In this document: positions 51,409 to 60,431 of the stretch, one piece after another
Layout of the letters: every line of letters begins with the position of its first letter
Numbering within the stretch: position 1 is the stretch's first letter
Virus record (IMG/VR): IMGVR_UViG_3300042517_000342
Coordinates: 1-61,203 of that record
Strand: one strand, 5' to 3'
Origin: a virus
Taxonomy: Duplodnaviria; Caudoviricetes
DNA length: 61,203 bases
Position numbers and translations under genes: made by a program
The notes under the pieces: model-generated
Seen by the model: the letters and a program-made list of their open reading frames with translations, nothing else
The model's database searches: none
What the model was told of the DNA's origin: nothing

Positions 51409-51876
51409 TTAGTCTACCACCTTGTAGGCGATGATGTCATTCTCACCACCATAGTGAGTCCAGTCCCACTTCCACCCATCCTGAACCTTTGTCGGGACTG
51501 TCCCGTCTCGAAGACAAACCAGTACCGGCTCGAACTCCACCCTTGTGGGTGAGCACTCCCCACCATCCCAAGGAATCCAGCTCGCCTCGCCACTCGCCGC
51601 ACCTATAGGCGAGCTTTGCTCGCGGGGCGGCGCTTCCGCATCCGGCAGAGCCTGCTTGCCCTCACCTTCATTCTTCGCAATCTCCACAAACATCCGGTCG
51701 ATAGCGTCTCGGAGAAAGGGCCACTCGGAGGGACCGATGGAGATGCTTTGCTCAAAGGGAGGACGATCCAATCCACAACTCACCAGCACGTATTCACCAG
51801 CACCCTCGTCAATAATCTCTACCTCGAAGACACCCTCGAAGTGGGAGAGAGTCAAGCGGGTTGTTCGGGTTTTCAT
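51409..51876 (-). CDS. Hypothetical protein with a C-terminal WIPWDGGEC...WDW...DIIAYK domain
   Basis: Recognisable small phage domain; GGAG SD. Confidence 0.65.
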   Translation of the reverse strand: MKTRTTRLTLSHFEGVFEVEIIDEGAGEYVLVSCGLDRPPFEQSISIGPSEWPFLRDAIDRMFVEIAKNEGEGKQALPDAEAPPREQSSPIGAASGEASWIPWDGGECSPTRVEFEPVLVCLRDGTVPTKVQDGWKWDWTHYGGENDIIAYKVVD

Positions 51877-52112
51877 AGACTAATCTCCGGCTTCTTGTTA
51901 TCTTGAACAGGTGTCTCGGTTCGGTTCACCTTCAAGACGGTACACGAAATGAGGGTGTTGTCGTCGATGATGTGGACTCTTGTCATGGAGCAGTCGCGGA
52001 TGAGGGCACTGTAATGTACGCGAAACTGCATTGCAAACAAATCAACAGCTGCTGTCAAGGCAACCCCAAAGAACACACCTACAAGCAATGTTCCAACTCT
52101 GGCTTCTTTCAT
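51873..52112 (-). CDS. Small membrane-anchored protein
   Basis: ATGA-coupled to the helicase stop; TM VGTLLVGVFFGVALTAAV. Confidence 0.55.
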   Translation of the reverse strand: MKEARVGTLLVGVFFGVALTAAVDLFAMQFRVHYSALIRDCSMTRVHIIDDNTLISCTVLKVNRTETPVQDNKKPEISL

Positions 52113-53773
52113 GATGGATCGAACTCCTCGATTGTGTGGAGGCGTAGTCGCCCCGTGTTGTGGTCGTATCGCAAGGTGTCTGCCAAGCCCGTGAAGCCCA
52201 TCGTGCGGTTCTTGAGGACTCGGATACGAACCAAGTCCTTCTGGCCGTCCTCGGCCTGCTGGTTGCGTTCCAAGGCCCATACGTTCCAAGACATCTGTTC
52301 TGCTCCCGCGCTTCCGCGCAGGTCTGTAAGCTCCACCTCGTCACCCTTGTTGAACTTCTTGCCAGAAACTCTTTTAAGATGAATAATTGGAATGATACCC
52401 ACCCCAGTCTCCACACAGATTTGAGTCATCGCCTCGTACAACTTGTCGATGTCTTTGCGTTCGTCGGTGTCAGCACCAGCCACCACCATGCTTACGTGAT
52501 CGAGCACAATGAAGTCTACGCCTAGTGCCTTGGCGAAATAAAGCATCTTGTTCTTCAACGTCTCCGCGTTGATTGAACCCCAGTGCTTGAACAAGTGAAC
52601 TCGGTTCCCCTCAAAGAACTTCTGGTAAGAGCGGTCGTACTCATCCTCTGGAATACACGAAGGGTGAAACGCCAAGCGGGACCACGGCACTTGGTTGTCC
52701 ATCGCGATGAGACGGCGAGCCACATCCTCCATGCTTGTCTCAAGCGCAATCACTGCTACCTTTGAGTGCTTGATCTGTTCGAGCACCGGCTCGTAGATGA
52801 TCTCCATTGAGAAGGTACTCTTACCGATACCGGAGGCAGCGGTGAGCGTAGTGATCTCCCCTTTGCGGATACCCCACGTCATCTTCTGGAGCTTGGGCCA
52901 AGGCAACTCAAAGCCGGGGCGCTTGGGTTCCTTCAGCTTCCGAAGGTCAACCTCCTTTCCCTCAACGATCTGCTCCGGTCGGTAAATCTTGGGATGGGAG
53001 ATAGCCTTGAACCACTCATCCACCAACCCGTCTTCCCAACACTTGGCTGTGTCCTTTCGAGGGAGACTGGCCAAGCCAACCTTACACTGAGAGGCTAGCG
53101 CCTCGGCCATTGCCATCGCAGTAGCTTGACCCGGAGCATCCGTATCGAACGCAATACACACACTCTCGTGGGCTGTGATCCAGTCCAAAGCCTTGAGGGT
53201 CTGGATATCTAGCTTGCCCTCTTCGTTGGCTCCGTTCGGGATGGCTACGATGTTCCAGTCCTTGCCCTTCTGGCGAAGCATCTCCCGTCCTGCAAGGACA
53301 TCGTGCTCACCCTCCACAAGGATGAGGAACTTCGCGTTCTGCTTGCACGCCTTCTGGCCGAACAGCCCCTTGGGTTTTCCGATGACTGCGAAGTCCTTCG
53401 GAAGCGTACGCTTCTTGTACCCAACTACCTCTCCCTCATCCGAGTCATGATACGGGTAGTACACAGCCTTCTGAGAACCATCCGTCTCGTCTACCTCAGT
53501 GACCACACCAAGAAGACGACACACATCCTCGCTGATCTTTCGGGAAGGGATGGCTTGGATCGGGTACGTCTTGATGACGCTCAGGTTCACCGCGTTTGTG
53601 TAGTTTGTCACAGTCCTCCTCTCTTGTTGACTCTCTCCATCCAACAGCACCCGTCCGTGGCCTCGAAAACAGAACCCGGCTTTGCCGTCCTCAAACAACT
53701 TGAGGTGGTTGCCGGTGCTGTCCCGGCCTTCGGCCTTACACAAAGGGCACGCTACGTATCGAGCTGTCACCAA
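52109..53773 (-). CDS. Primase-helicase (T7 gp4-like)
   Basis: Zn finger CPLC...CFRGH, TOPRIM VEGEHD and FDTD, Walker A AASGIGKST, IVLDH, DLRGS, LKNR. Confidence 0.96.
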   Translation of the reverse strand: MVTARYVACPLCKAEGRDSTGNHLKLFEDGKAGFCFRGHGRVLLDGESQQERRTVTNYTNAVNLSVIKTYPIQAIPSRKISEDVCRLLGVVTEVDETDGSQKAVYYPYHDSDEGEVVGYKKRTLPKDFAVIGKPKGLFGQKACKQNAKFLILVEGEHDVLAGREMLRQKGKDWNIVAIPNGANEEGKLDIQTLKALDWITAHESVCIAFDTDAPGQATAMAMAEALASQCKVGLASLPRKDTAKCWEDGLVDEWFKAISHPKIYRPEQIVEGKEVDLRKLKEPKRPGFELPWPKLQKMTWGIRKGEITTLTAASGIGKSTFSMEIIYEPVLEQIKHSKVAVIALETSMEDVARRLIAMDNQVPWSRLAFHPSCIPEDEYDRSYQKFFEGNRVHLFKHWGSINAETLKNKMLYFAKALGVDFIVLDHVSMVVAGADTDERKDIDKLYEAMTQICVETGVGIIPIIHLKRVSGKKFNKGDEVELTDLRGSAGAEQMSWNVWALERNQQAEDGQKDLVRIRVLKNRTMGFTGLADTLRYDHNTGRLRLHTIEEFDPS

Positions 53774-54111
53774 CCCTCCCGACTATCTGCCCGGGCGTCT
53801 GCTGCCGCATCCGCTTGTGCCTGAGCCTCTGCCTCTCGGGCGTCTTCGAGAATAGCCCGGACTCGCTTCTCGATCCACTTATCTCCGAAGTCTCCAAGGT
53901 GGTCTGCAATGTCGGAGAGAGGGCCGTCGTATTCGCTGGCGATTCTCAGGAATACAAGAATTAACCACTCTTTCTCAAGAGCTTTAAAGTGCTGTTTGTT
54001 TACAGCCATGGACATCGAAGGCTCATCCGGCCAACACTCATTCCACGCTTGTTCCGCCATTTCGTACAAAGCGTAGGAGACGCCGAGGGCATCTTCGGAT
54101 TCGTTAGTCAT
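53767..54111 (-). CDS. Hypothetical protein
   Basis: 114 aa. Confidence 0.6.
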   Translation of the reverse strand: MTNESEDALGVSYALYEMAEQAWNECWPDEPSMSMAVNKQHFKALEKEWLILVFLRIASEYDGPLSDIADHLGDFGDKWIEKRVRAILEDAREAEAQAQADAAADARADSREGW

Positions 54112-54340
54112 CGGACTTCCTCAGGTAGACAGGGATTACCAAGCTCGGCCTTCCGATCTCACAAGCCGTCTCATAGTCATACACCTCCTGCAACTCTCGC
54201 CGTGCATCGAAGCACGCTCGGATAAACTCTTGGATAACCTCCTGCTCGAACTTCGTTCGCTCGGAATACACACAGTTATCGGGAAGTCCGAGGTTTGTGA
54301 TGGCTCGGGCTGCTTCGGTTACACGGTCGAGGCTATTCAC
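54104..54340 (-). CDS. Hypothetical protein
   Basis: GTG 54340 with a GGAG SD; the longer track ORF overlaps other genes. Confidence 0.5.
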   Translation of the reverse strand: MNSLDRVTEAARAITNLGLPDNCVYSERTKFEQEVIQEFIRACFDARRELQEVYDYETACEIGRPSLVIPVYLRKSDD

Positions 54341-54569
54341 CTTTGAACTCCGTTCGGTTCTTGATAGCGAGGCCGTGAAGGAATGAATAGAATCCGGGCC
54401 TGCTGTTCCAGTCTGAGTATAGTAGGCAGTCGGCAATGCCAATTGCCTTGTCCACCTTCTCCAGAAACCCACTTCCGTTTTCAAGCTCAGACACCAAGTG
54501 AAGAAGTGACCGTAGCTTCTCCAAATCCTCGCACCGATCATCGGTCCACACGAGGGGGTTATTCGACAC
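54333..54569 (-). CDS. Hypothetical protein
   Basis: 78 aa, AAGGAG SD. Confidence 0.55.
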   Translation of the reverse strand: MSNNPLVWTDDRCEDLEKLRSLLHLVSELENGSGFLEKVDKAIGIADCLLYSDWNSRPGFYSFLHGLAIKNRTEFKGE

Positions 54570-54723
54570 AAGCCTTCTCCTTCATAGCAATAGCCAACAT
54601 CACTTGCTGACACACGAGTCGGTAATCCATCACAGCCATGACACACCAAGCCTCTTGGTCCGGGGACATCTGGGCCTTGTCGATCAGGGCGTCTAGCTCA
54701 TCGGGGGTGGGGTACTCACTCAT
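54559..54723 (-). CDS. Hypothetical protein (54 aa), not in the ORF track
   Basis: MSEYPTPDELDALIDKAQM..., read manually. Confidence 0.5.
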   Translation of the reverse strand: MSEYPTPDELDALIDKAQMSPDQEAWCVMAVMDYRLVCQQVMLAIAMKEKACVE

Positions 54724-55195
54724 CGAAATCACAATCCATCTCCTCTCGGCTAAGCCGATTCAATTGCTTCTGGGCGTGCCACGCTTCGTGGGCTTCGGTA
54801 AAAGCCTTCTCGTGCATCGAGGCTAAGTTGAAAGCAATACCTGCAATGGTGTAGTTCCGAAACCACTTGAGCTGTCGTGGTGTGGGGTTGTTGTCCTTCT
54901 TCCGTTCGTTACATTCTCGGCAGCACAAGACGTGATTGGTGCGAAGGTTCGAGAACTTGGAGCGAGGATACACATGGTCAACGGAGACTGCCATCCGATG
55001 GTTGGGTCCACGCTTGGTGGACATGAATGCACCACAGTATGCACATCGTCGCTTTTGAACTACAAGAAGAGTTACCTTACCGGGAACGTATTCCTTGAGA
55101 GGAGACTTACTCTTGTTCACCGGCTTCAACCCAACCACTGTGTTTCGGTTAACCTTCTTCTTGTTCTCTCGGTACAGATTGGAAGAGTGTTTCAT
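54716..55195 (-). CDS. HNH endonuclease (McrA/HNHc type)
   Basis: CAYCG...SVDHVYPRS...NHVLCCRECNERK. Confidence 0.85.
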   Translation of the reverse strand: MKHSSNLYRENKKKVNRNTVVGLKPVNKSKSPLKEYVPGKVTLLVVQKRRCAYCGAFMSTKRGPNHRMAVSVDHVYPRSKFSNLRTNHVLCCRECNERKKDNNPTPRQLKWFRNYTIAGIAFNLASMHEKAFTEAHEAWHAQKQLNRLSREEMDCDFDE

Positions 55196-55253
55196 ATCTG
55201 AGAAGGTATCCTCTTCTAGAAGGGTTATCCATCCATCTCCAGTCCACCTCCGC

Positions 55254-55781
55254 TCACGCTTCGGTTCCCTTACGATGATCTTCCTCCCCCTTGTATCCTA
55301 GCTGGTCCGGTGTGTACCCAAGCTGAAGCAACCAGTCAACAAGTGTGTCCGGTATACCAATCTGCTTACGAAACAAGGAGTAATACGCCCTCTTGCCAAA
55401 GCTCGGGATGGCCCCGGAGAAGCGGTAGGAGTTCGGAAGACGCACCCGGAACTCAAGGATGGGGTTGAGTCCATCCGAGGTACGCACCCCAGAGGTGTTC
55501 TCGTTAGCTGCCCACTCCAACCCCCAGACGGGATCAACTTTGAACAACGTACCGTGTACGTCACGAGCCCACCCGTCCTCAACTAGGAGGTCAGCGCACA
55601 AGTACCCGTAGGGTAGGTATTGGGTGAGCCTCTGGTCAGCCTTAGAGGACTTCCTAGAGGCGTTCCCGGAGGTGGTAGACCCCCGAGCGTGGAGGTATCC
55701 ATCGTACCAGTCACACCACCGGTACACGTTGGTCGTATCGAGAGGGGTCCAAAGGACACCAAGGATAGTTCGAGTGGTCAT
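55254..55781 (-). CDS. Hypothetical protein
   Basis: 175 aa. Confidence 0.6.
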   Translation of the reverse strand: MTTRTILGVLWTPLDTTNVYRWCDWYDGYLHARGSTTSGNASRKSSKADQRLTQYLPYGYLCADLLVEDGWARDVHGTLFKVDPVWGLEWAANENTSGVRTSDGLNPILEFRVRLPNSYRFSGAIPSFGKRAYYSLFRKQIGIPDTLVDWLLQLGYTPDQLGYKGEEDHRKGTEA

Positions 55782-56002
55782 TCGGAGGTGGGTTCCTTGT
55801 CAGAGTGAGTTGATGTGTGATTTAGCGCCTTCAGCGGGCACCACAAAGGCGTCGCCTGAAATTGCGCTTGGCAGCCCCACAAGATGTTTCCGTAGGCCGG
55901 CCGGCCGTGCGCTTCGGCGATGGCCTTGTACCAGCCCGACCGGCTGCAGCCCATGCGGGCCAGCACCTGGGGGAGTCGCAGGAGTGCTACCGGCTCGCTC
56001 AC
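55778..56002 (-). pseudogene. Truncated or chimeric AlpA-type HTH regulator
   Basis: LLRLPQVLARMGCSRSGWYKAIAE matches the AlpA N-terminus, but the G.FP.P...W wing is absent. Confidence 0.55.
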
Positions 56003-56199
56003 GTCTGGCCCTCGCTCATTGATGCGGCCCTGCGCTCTATCTCAAGCGGCCCGACGTACAGCCGGGCATAACCTGGCTTTCCGGCCGGGTGCACAAACGC
56101 GAAGCGCCACCGCCACCGGATCGCCAGCAGCCAGTTTCCGCGCGAAATGAACCATCCGTCGCCGCGGTACCGGTCGGCGAACGTGCCTGATCTGATCAT
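55999..56199 (-). CDS. Hypothetical Trp/Arg-rich protein
   Basis: ATG at about 56199 (MIRSGTF), ATGA-coupled. Confidence 0.45.
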   Translation of the reverse strand: MIRSGTFADRYRGDGWFISRGNWLLAIRWRWRFAFVHPAGKPGYARLYVGPLEIERRAASMSEGQT

Positions 56200-56867
56200 G
56201 GCTGGCTCCCCTCGACCTTGCGGGCGGCGTCCAAAGCAAGATCGAGCATACCGATGTGGCCCGGACAAGGAACAAGATCAAGCGTGATGACAAACTCTTG
56301 ACGCTTGGTAATCCCCACTTTGGCAATAGATTTGAGATGGGCATACCGCTCCGCATCCGCCCGCAAAGCGTCGTTAGACGCGACGAGAGCAGCGTTAGCT
56401 GCGGTTAGCGCCTCCACCTCGGCGCGGAGGCGGTCAGATTCAATTCGCCGATCATGTGCCCTCTGCCGCCAGTGAGCCCACGCCTCTTGTGGAGTCATGT
56501 CAAACCCGCACAGGTGTCCATATTCAGGGTCTACGGGCGGACAGCCGGGCGACTCGCGCGGTTCTGCCGCTGGCTTGTACTTGCCGCACATGACGCACAT
56601 TCGGGTGATTCCTAGCTGGTTTTCCAGCTCCGCGATCCGTGCTCTCGCTTTTTCTAAGCCTTCGTGATCTTCGTTCCAAAATGACCGCATCCCTTCCATA
56701 ACGGTATCCATGCGCTCAATCTGTTCCTTCAGCCGGGCGTTTTCCTCGGCGAGCGGAGCCCGTGCTGCCTCGGCGAGTTCGCGGGTAAGGCGGTCGATTT
56801 CGTCGGCAGCCTCTTCGCATTCGTTGCCGAGATTGCGAAGGGATTGTAGTTTGCGAGAGTCCATCAC
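56196..56867 (-). CDS. Ead/Ea22-like mosaic coiled-coil protein
   Basis: EAADEIDRL, ARIAELE, LRADAERY motifs of temperate-phage early genes. Confidence 0.6.
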   Translation of the reverse strand: MMDSRKLQSLRNLGNECEEAADEIDRLTRELAEAARAPLAEENARLKEQIERMDTVMEGMRSFWNEDHEGLEKARARIAELENQLGITRMCVMCGKYKPAAEPRESPGCPPVDPEYGHLCGFDMTPQEAWAHWRQRAHDRRIESDRLRAEVEALTAANAALVASNDALRADAERYAHLKSIAKVGITKRQEFVITLDLVPCPGHIGMLDLALDAARKVEGSQP

Positions 56868-57382
56868 AGCGATTCCTCCAAGCCACCGAAGGTGGCGACC
56901 CCCGCTTTCACGGCATCAACAAATCGATACCAGTTTGACTCGCACCATTGCTTTGCTTCATCTACTCCGACTTGACCTCCACCAACCCTAGATAGCGTCT
57001 GGTAATGCAGGAAGTTCGGAGCGTAAACAGAGGCTGCGGCGTAATTCCCGTGGTCCGTGATGCTTGCGATGCGCTTTTCGCCAAGAACAAAACCCTCCAT
57101 TCCATCTGGATTCTTTTTCCACTGGATAGTCAGGTTGCTACGTTCGGCGTTCAGTCGGGTGCACAGGCGGCGCGCAAACTCAACTGTGAGGCGGTTTTCA
57201 TCAACAGCTCCCTTGACGTTTTCGTCCATCTTTGTCCAGTACGCGACTACTTCGTCGTAATCAAAGTGGAGTCCATTCCCGGACGGGAATGCAGGGTGCA
57301 GGGTGTCCACCACTGCAATGCAGCCGATTCTCTCGTCTACGATGTACCTCACAGCCCCACCCCCGCCGCTCTCCGCGCTCAT
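56864..57382 (-). CDS. Hypothetical protein
   Basis: 172 aa; RYIVDERIGCIAVVD. Confidence 0.6.
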   Translation of the reverse strand: MSAESGGGGAVRYIVDERIGCIAVVDTLHPAFPSGNGLHFDYDEVVAYWTKMDENVKGAVDENRLTVEFARRLCTRLNAERSNLTIQWKKNPDGMEGFVLGEKRIASITDHGNYAAASVYAPNFLHYQTLSRVGGGQVGVDEAKQWCESNWYRFVDAVKAGVATFGGLEESL

Positions 57383-57600
57383 TTGCCGCCTCCGTTAAGA
57401 ACCAAATGACCAATAACCCCAAGCACGATAACACATCCGAAGATAAGGGAACCGTCTCGGAGAACACTCAACACCCACGGAAACTCGTCCCGCTCTTTCG
57501 TGATGTACTTCCACGACTCACGTCGAAGGTACTCGGTGAGGATGTACGACAACCCAACAAGGGAGCACCCGAGAAGCCATACGGATTCAAGAGTAATCAT
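57379..57600 (-). CDS. Small two-TM membrane protein
   Basis: Two hydrophobic segments. Confidence 0.6.
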   Translation of the reverse strand: MITLESVWLLGCSLVGLSYILTEYLRRESWKYITKERDEFPWVLSVLRDGSLIFGCVIVLGVIGHLVLNGGGK

Positions 57601-57793
57601 GCGGGACTTCCTCTCCAGTTAGTTGAACCGCGGAGAACCAAAACCCCGAAGCCGAATCCCGGTGGGACACCGACAATCCGGGGTTCCGTCCCCGGAGCAT
57701 ATCAGCTAACGCACGGATCGTGCGGGGGGTGGGTTTGATAGCGGATGTGATGCCGATGACGATTCCCGGCGAGGTCTCTTTCAATGTGAACAT
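57587..57793 (-). CDS. Hypothetical early protein
   Basis: 68 aa. Confidence 0.55.
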   Translation of the reverse strand: MFTLKETSPGIVIGITSAIKPTPRTIRALADMLRGRNPGLSVSHRDSASGFWFSAVQLTGEEVPHDYS

Positions 57794-57963
57794 TCGTCAT
57801 ACTCTCCGTCTACTTCGATGTAGTCTGCATCGTGATACCCGTAACTCCGGTGAGCTTCCACAGCGGCTATCGCGTGGCGTCGTTCCCGGTAGGGGACTTC
57901 GTACATGCACCACCTGTCGGTGTCTGGGTTCCGTGGTGGGATTTGGACGATGTAGTAGGTCAC
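57781..57963 (-). CDS. Hypothetical early protein
   Basis: 60 aa. Confidence 0.55.
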   Translation of the reverse strand: MTYYIVQIPPRNPDTDRWCMYEVPYRERRHAIAAVEAHRSYGYHDADYIEVDGEYDECSH

Positions 57964-58181
57964 GGCTTGGTGCTCCCAGTTTCCAACAGACGCTCAAGGT
58001 TATCGAGCGCATCGGTAAGAGTCAAGCCCTCGGCGCGGGACATGGCAACCTGAAAACCCTCATCCTCGTAGAACCACATCTCAACCTCCCAAGCATCGGG
58101 ATACTTGCGAGTCTGGAGACTCCACGCGGGCGAGGACTCCAGCGTATTAACGATGAACGGGTGTGTGGTCTTGTCAAGCAT
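57960..58181 (-). CDS. Hypothetical early protein
   Basis: 73 aa, GGAG SD. Confidence 0.55.
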   Translation of the reverse strand: MLDKTTHPFIVNTLESSPAWSLQTRKYPDAWEVEMWFYEDEGFQVAMSRAEGLTLTDALDNLERLLETGSTKP

Positions 58182-58195
58182 AGCGCTTACTCCGG

Positions 58196-58594
58196 TTAGA
58201 ATGAGGCGAATAGAACGGAATCGTCATCGTACCCAAGGACAACGGTGTTATCCCGGAGATAATCGAGGATGGTTTCGCGCAGGGCTTCGGTGTAGGCATC
58301 CGCATCGAACGTGTCGGGGCGAGCCTCGTCAAGGTCGCCGTCCCAATCCATGAAGTCTTCACGCGCGGGCAGGTCGATTTTATAGGAGGACGCGATGCTA
58401 TCGTAGTCCTCTTCGGTGTAATCACAGCACAGACCCACAACGTCAATCTCAAGCGGGGTTCCGGTGTCGTCCTCAAGCTGTACGAGGTAATCCCACAGCC
58501 ACTCGAAAGCGTGGCGGGAAAACTGGCTACGGCGTCCAGCTTCCTCAAACAGGCGGACAAGCTGAGAGGTGGATCGGATGGCGATGGAAGGCAT
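58196..58594 (-). CDS. Acidic early protein
   Basis: F...GR..QFS...L..YL...EIDVVGLCCDYTE; strongly D/E-rich. Confidence 0.7.
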   Translation of the reverse strand: MPSIAIRSTSQLVRLFEEAGRRSQFSRHAFEWLWDYLVQLEDDTGTPLEIDVVGLCCDYTEEDYDSIASSYKIDLPAREDFMDWDGDLDEARPDTFDADAYTEALRETILDYLRDNTVVLGYDDDSVLFASF

Positions 58595-58843
58595 GGTGAC
58601 GGGGTTCCTTTGCTAGGTGCGACAAAAGGGGTGGTTGTTCGTTCCGCTAAGACAAGAGATGTAAACAAAGGCAACGCGGAGCCACAAGAGACCAAACCAA
58701 AGAAGGGGGGAGACGCTAGAAAGGTGTTCCATAGGAGGCTACTTTCTCACAAGCGGACTAGCCGCACAACCCACGATAAGCGCAAACACATGGTTTGCTA
58801 TGTAAATGTTTGTTACTTATCGTAGGCTGTGGGACCAATACAC

Positions 58844-59062
58844 TCACAGATTGTGGGGACTATACACAATCGTCGGAACCGGGTTGCCTCGTTCCCACAG
58901 GCGAATCCCGTAAGGCATCCGGGAGTAGTCTAGCACATACTGACGAGCGTGGGCAAAGGCTTGACGACGGTAACGGGGTGCAATCTCGGGAACAGGAAAA
59001 GCCCAAGTTTGGACAGCCTCCCCAGTTTCCACGTTGAAGACCTCGAAGCGGGAGGTGGTCAT
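58844..59062 (-). CDS. Hypothetical early protein
   Basis: MTTSRFEVFNVETGE... Confidence 0.5.
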   Translation of the reverse strand: MTTSRFEVFNVETGEAVQTWAFPVPEIAPRYRRQAFAHARQYVLDYSRMPYGIRLWERGNPVPTIVYSPHNL

Positions 59063-59063
59063 A

Positions 59064-59327
59064 TCAGCAAACCCCCCGGAACGCACAAGCGTACTCACTG
59101 ATAAGGTACAGGGTGACATACGTCCCCCCGGCACACAGCAAGGCGGCTAGGAGCCATTCTAAGGCGGTGATGCCCGCTTCTCGTAGGGTAGCATAGACTC
59201 GCCCTTTTCTGCGCCCCCTGTAGCCATCTAGGGCGATTGTGGCGAGTCGGGAGCGGTATTGCTCGCTCTTGTTGCGCTCGGAGTCGAGCATGAGCTGGGC
59301 GTGAACTCTGTATGAGAGACGATCCAT
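59064..59327 (-). CDS. Early membrane-associated protein
   Basis: C-terminal hydrophobic helix. Confidence 0.5.
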   Translation of the reverse strand: MDRLSYRVHAQLMLDSERNKSEQYRSRLATIALDGYRGRRKGRVYATLREAGITALEWLLAALLCAGGTYVTLYLISEYACAFRGVC

Positions 59328-59329
59328 AG

Positions 59330-59635
59330 TTAGATTTCCTTTCCGTTAATTGTGGGCTTGCCCTTGCGGATGGCGGCATCGATACCAAGGGCGCGGAGGC
59401 GAGAGACGGTGGTACGGGTGGGCCAGTTGCGAAGAGTGTGTTCGACAGCTTGAAAGGGTATCCCAATCGCCGTGTCAAAACCCCCTGAGTACCGTTTAGC
59501 GATCAAGTGCCCGTGCAGGTACACTTCCGTCTCTGTGTCCCCGACGACGGGGCACTGGCGAACCATAGTGCTCCCGCTGTGCCAGTTCCGACCGTCTCGG
59601 ATAGCTTGGGTCATTTGTTGTTCGATCTTGCGCAT
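59330..59635 (-). CDS. Conserved-looking phage early protein
   Basis: MRKIEQQM..AI...W...T.V...VYLHGHLIA...T.TT.SRL.AL. Confidence 0.7.
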   Translation of the reverse strand: MRKIEQQMTQAIRDGRNWHSGSTMVRQCPVVGDTETEVYLHGHLIAKRYSGGFDTAIGIPFQAVEHTLRNWPTRTTVSRLRALGIDAAIRKGKPTINGKEI

Positions 59636-59636
59636 G

Positions 59637-59978
59637 TTAGATGCTCACCTTACGGACGGTTTTGTAATCCACGCCCACAGCGTAGCACAGCGAGGACACA
59701 AGGTGAAAGGCCATATCCATTCCACAGCCGGACACCTTGACACCTTCGTGTTTGCGGTCATAAGACCAGCCGAGAGCGATAGCAGCGGACCACGAGAACC
59801 GACGCAGATACGGGCCGGAGCCGTCCTTTGCATCTTGGATCACGAAAACGTCAATAACGCGGGACATGCCAGAGCTGGAGACGTGGCGAATGAGGGTGTA
59901 GACCGTAGCTCCGGGCCGGATCAGCTCGGCGACGGTGGCTTTGGCGTCTTGGGTTTCTTGGGCGGAATACTTGGGCAT
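59637..59978 (-). CDS. Conserved-looking phage early protein
   Basis: TVYTLIRHVSSSGMSR.I...V.GCGMDMAFHLV. Confidence 0.7.
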   Translation of the reverse strand: MPKYSAQETQDAKATVAELIRPGATVYTLIRHVSSSGMSRVIDVFVIQDAKDGSGPYLRRFSWSAAIALGWSYDRKHEGVKVSGCGMDMAFHLVSSLCYAVGVDYKTVRKVSI

Positions 59979-59994
59979 GGTGGCTTTGCTCCGG

Positions 59995-60183
59995 TTAGTC
60001 GTTCAGTTCACGACGGCTAATGATGCGGTATGTGCCGCCTTCGTTCTCTTGATAGTCGCGTTTGTTGGCCTTGATGCGTGCCCAAGCTCCGGGCGTGGCC
60101 TTGTCCTCGGCTGTCAAGTCTTCCCAGCCGAAGCCGTAGTGACCTTGGAGAACGTAACAATATGTGTATTTTGTCTTACGCAT
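59995..60183 (-). CDS. Phage early protein
   Basis: VLQGHYGFGWEDL...DYQENEGG.YRII.RR. Confidence 0.65.
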   Translation of the reverse strand: MRKTKYTYCYVLQGHYGFGWEDLTAEDKATPGAWARIKANKRDYQENEGGTYRIISRRELND

Positions 60184-60305
60184 GGGTTTGTTCCGGGTGG
60201 CTTCGCGGCGAGGCTGGAATTCGCGGCGGGTGCCGCTTTGCCTAGCTCGGGCTTAGACTCTCATGAATGAAAGCCTAAGCACAAGGGGGCGGGTGTAAAT
60301 AAGTG

Positions 60306-60431
60306 TCACAGATAGCTTTCGGAATCTTCTCGTACCCGCTCGTCGGCTTCCATCTGGCGAAGGTAGGCGAGAAGGGCGGCATCGTCGGCGTAGTCTGTTG
60401 CGCCGGGCAGTTTGGGGAGGTCGGTGTTCAT
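60306..60431 (-). CDS. Small acidic early protein (41 aa), not in the ORF track
   Basis: MNTDLPKLPGATDYADD...; ATGA-coupled. Confidence 0.45.
   Translation of the reverse strand: MNTDLPKLPGATDYADDAALLAYLRQMEADERVREDSESYL

Noticed and set aside
58613-58732. 39-aa hydrophobic ORF on the minus strand
   Set aside because: No SD upstream and no supporting motif
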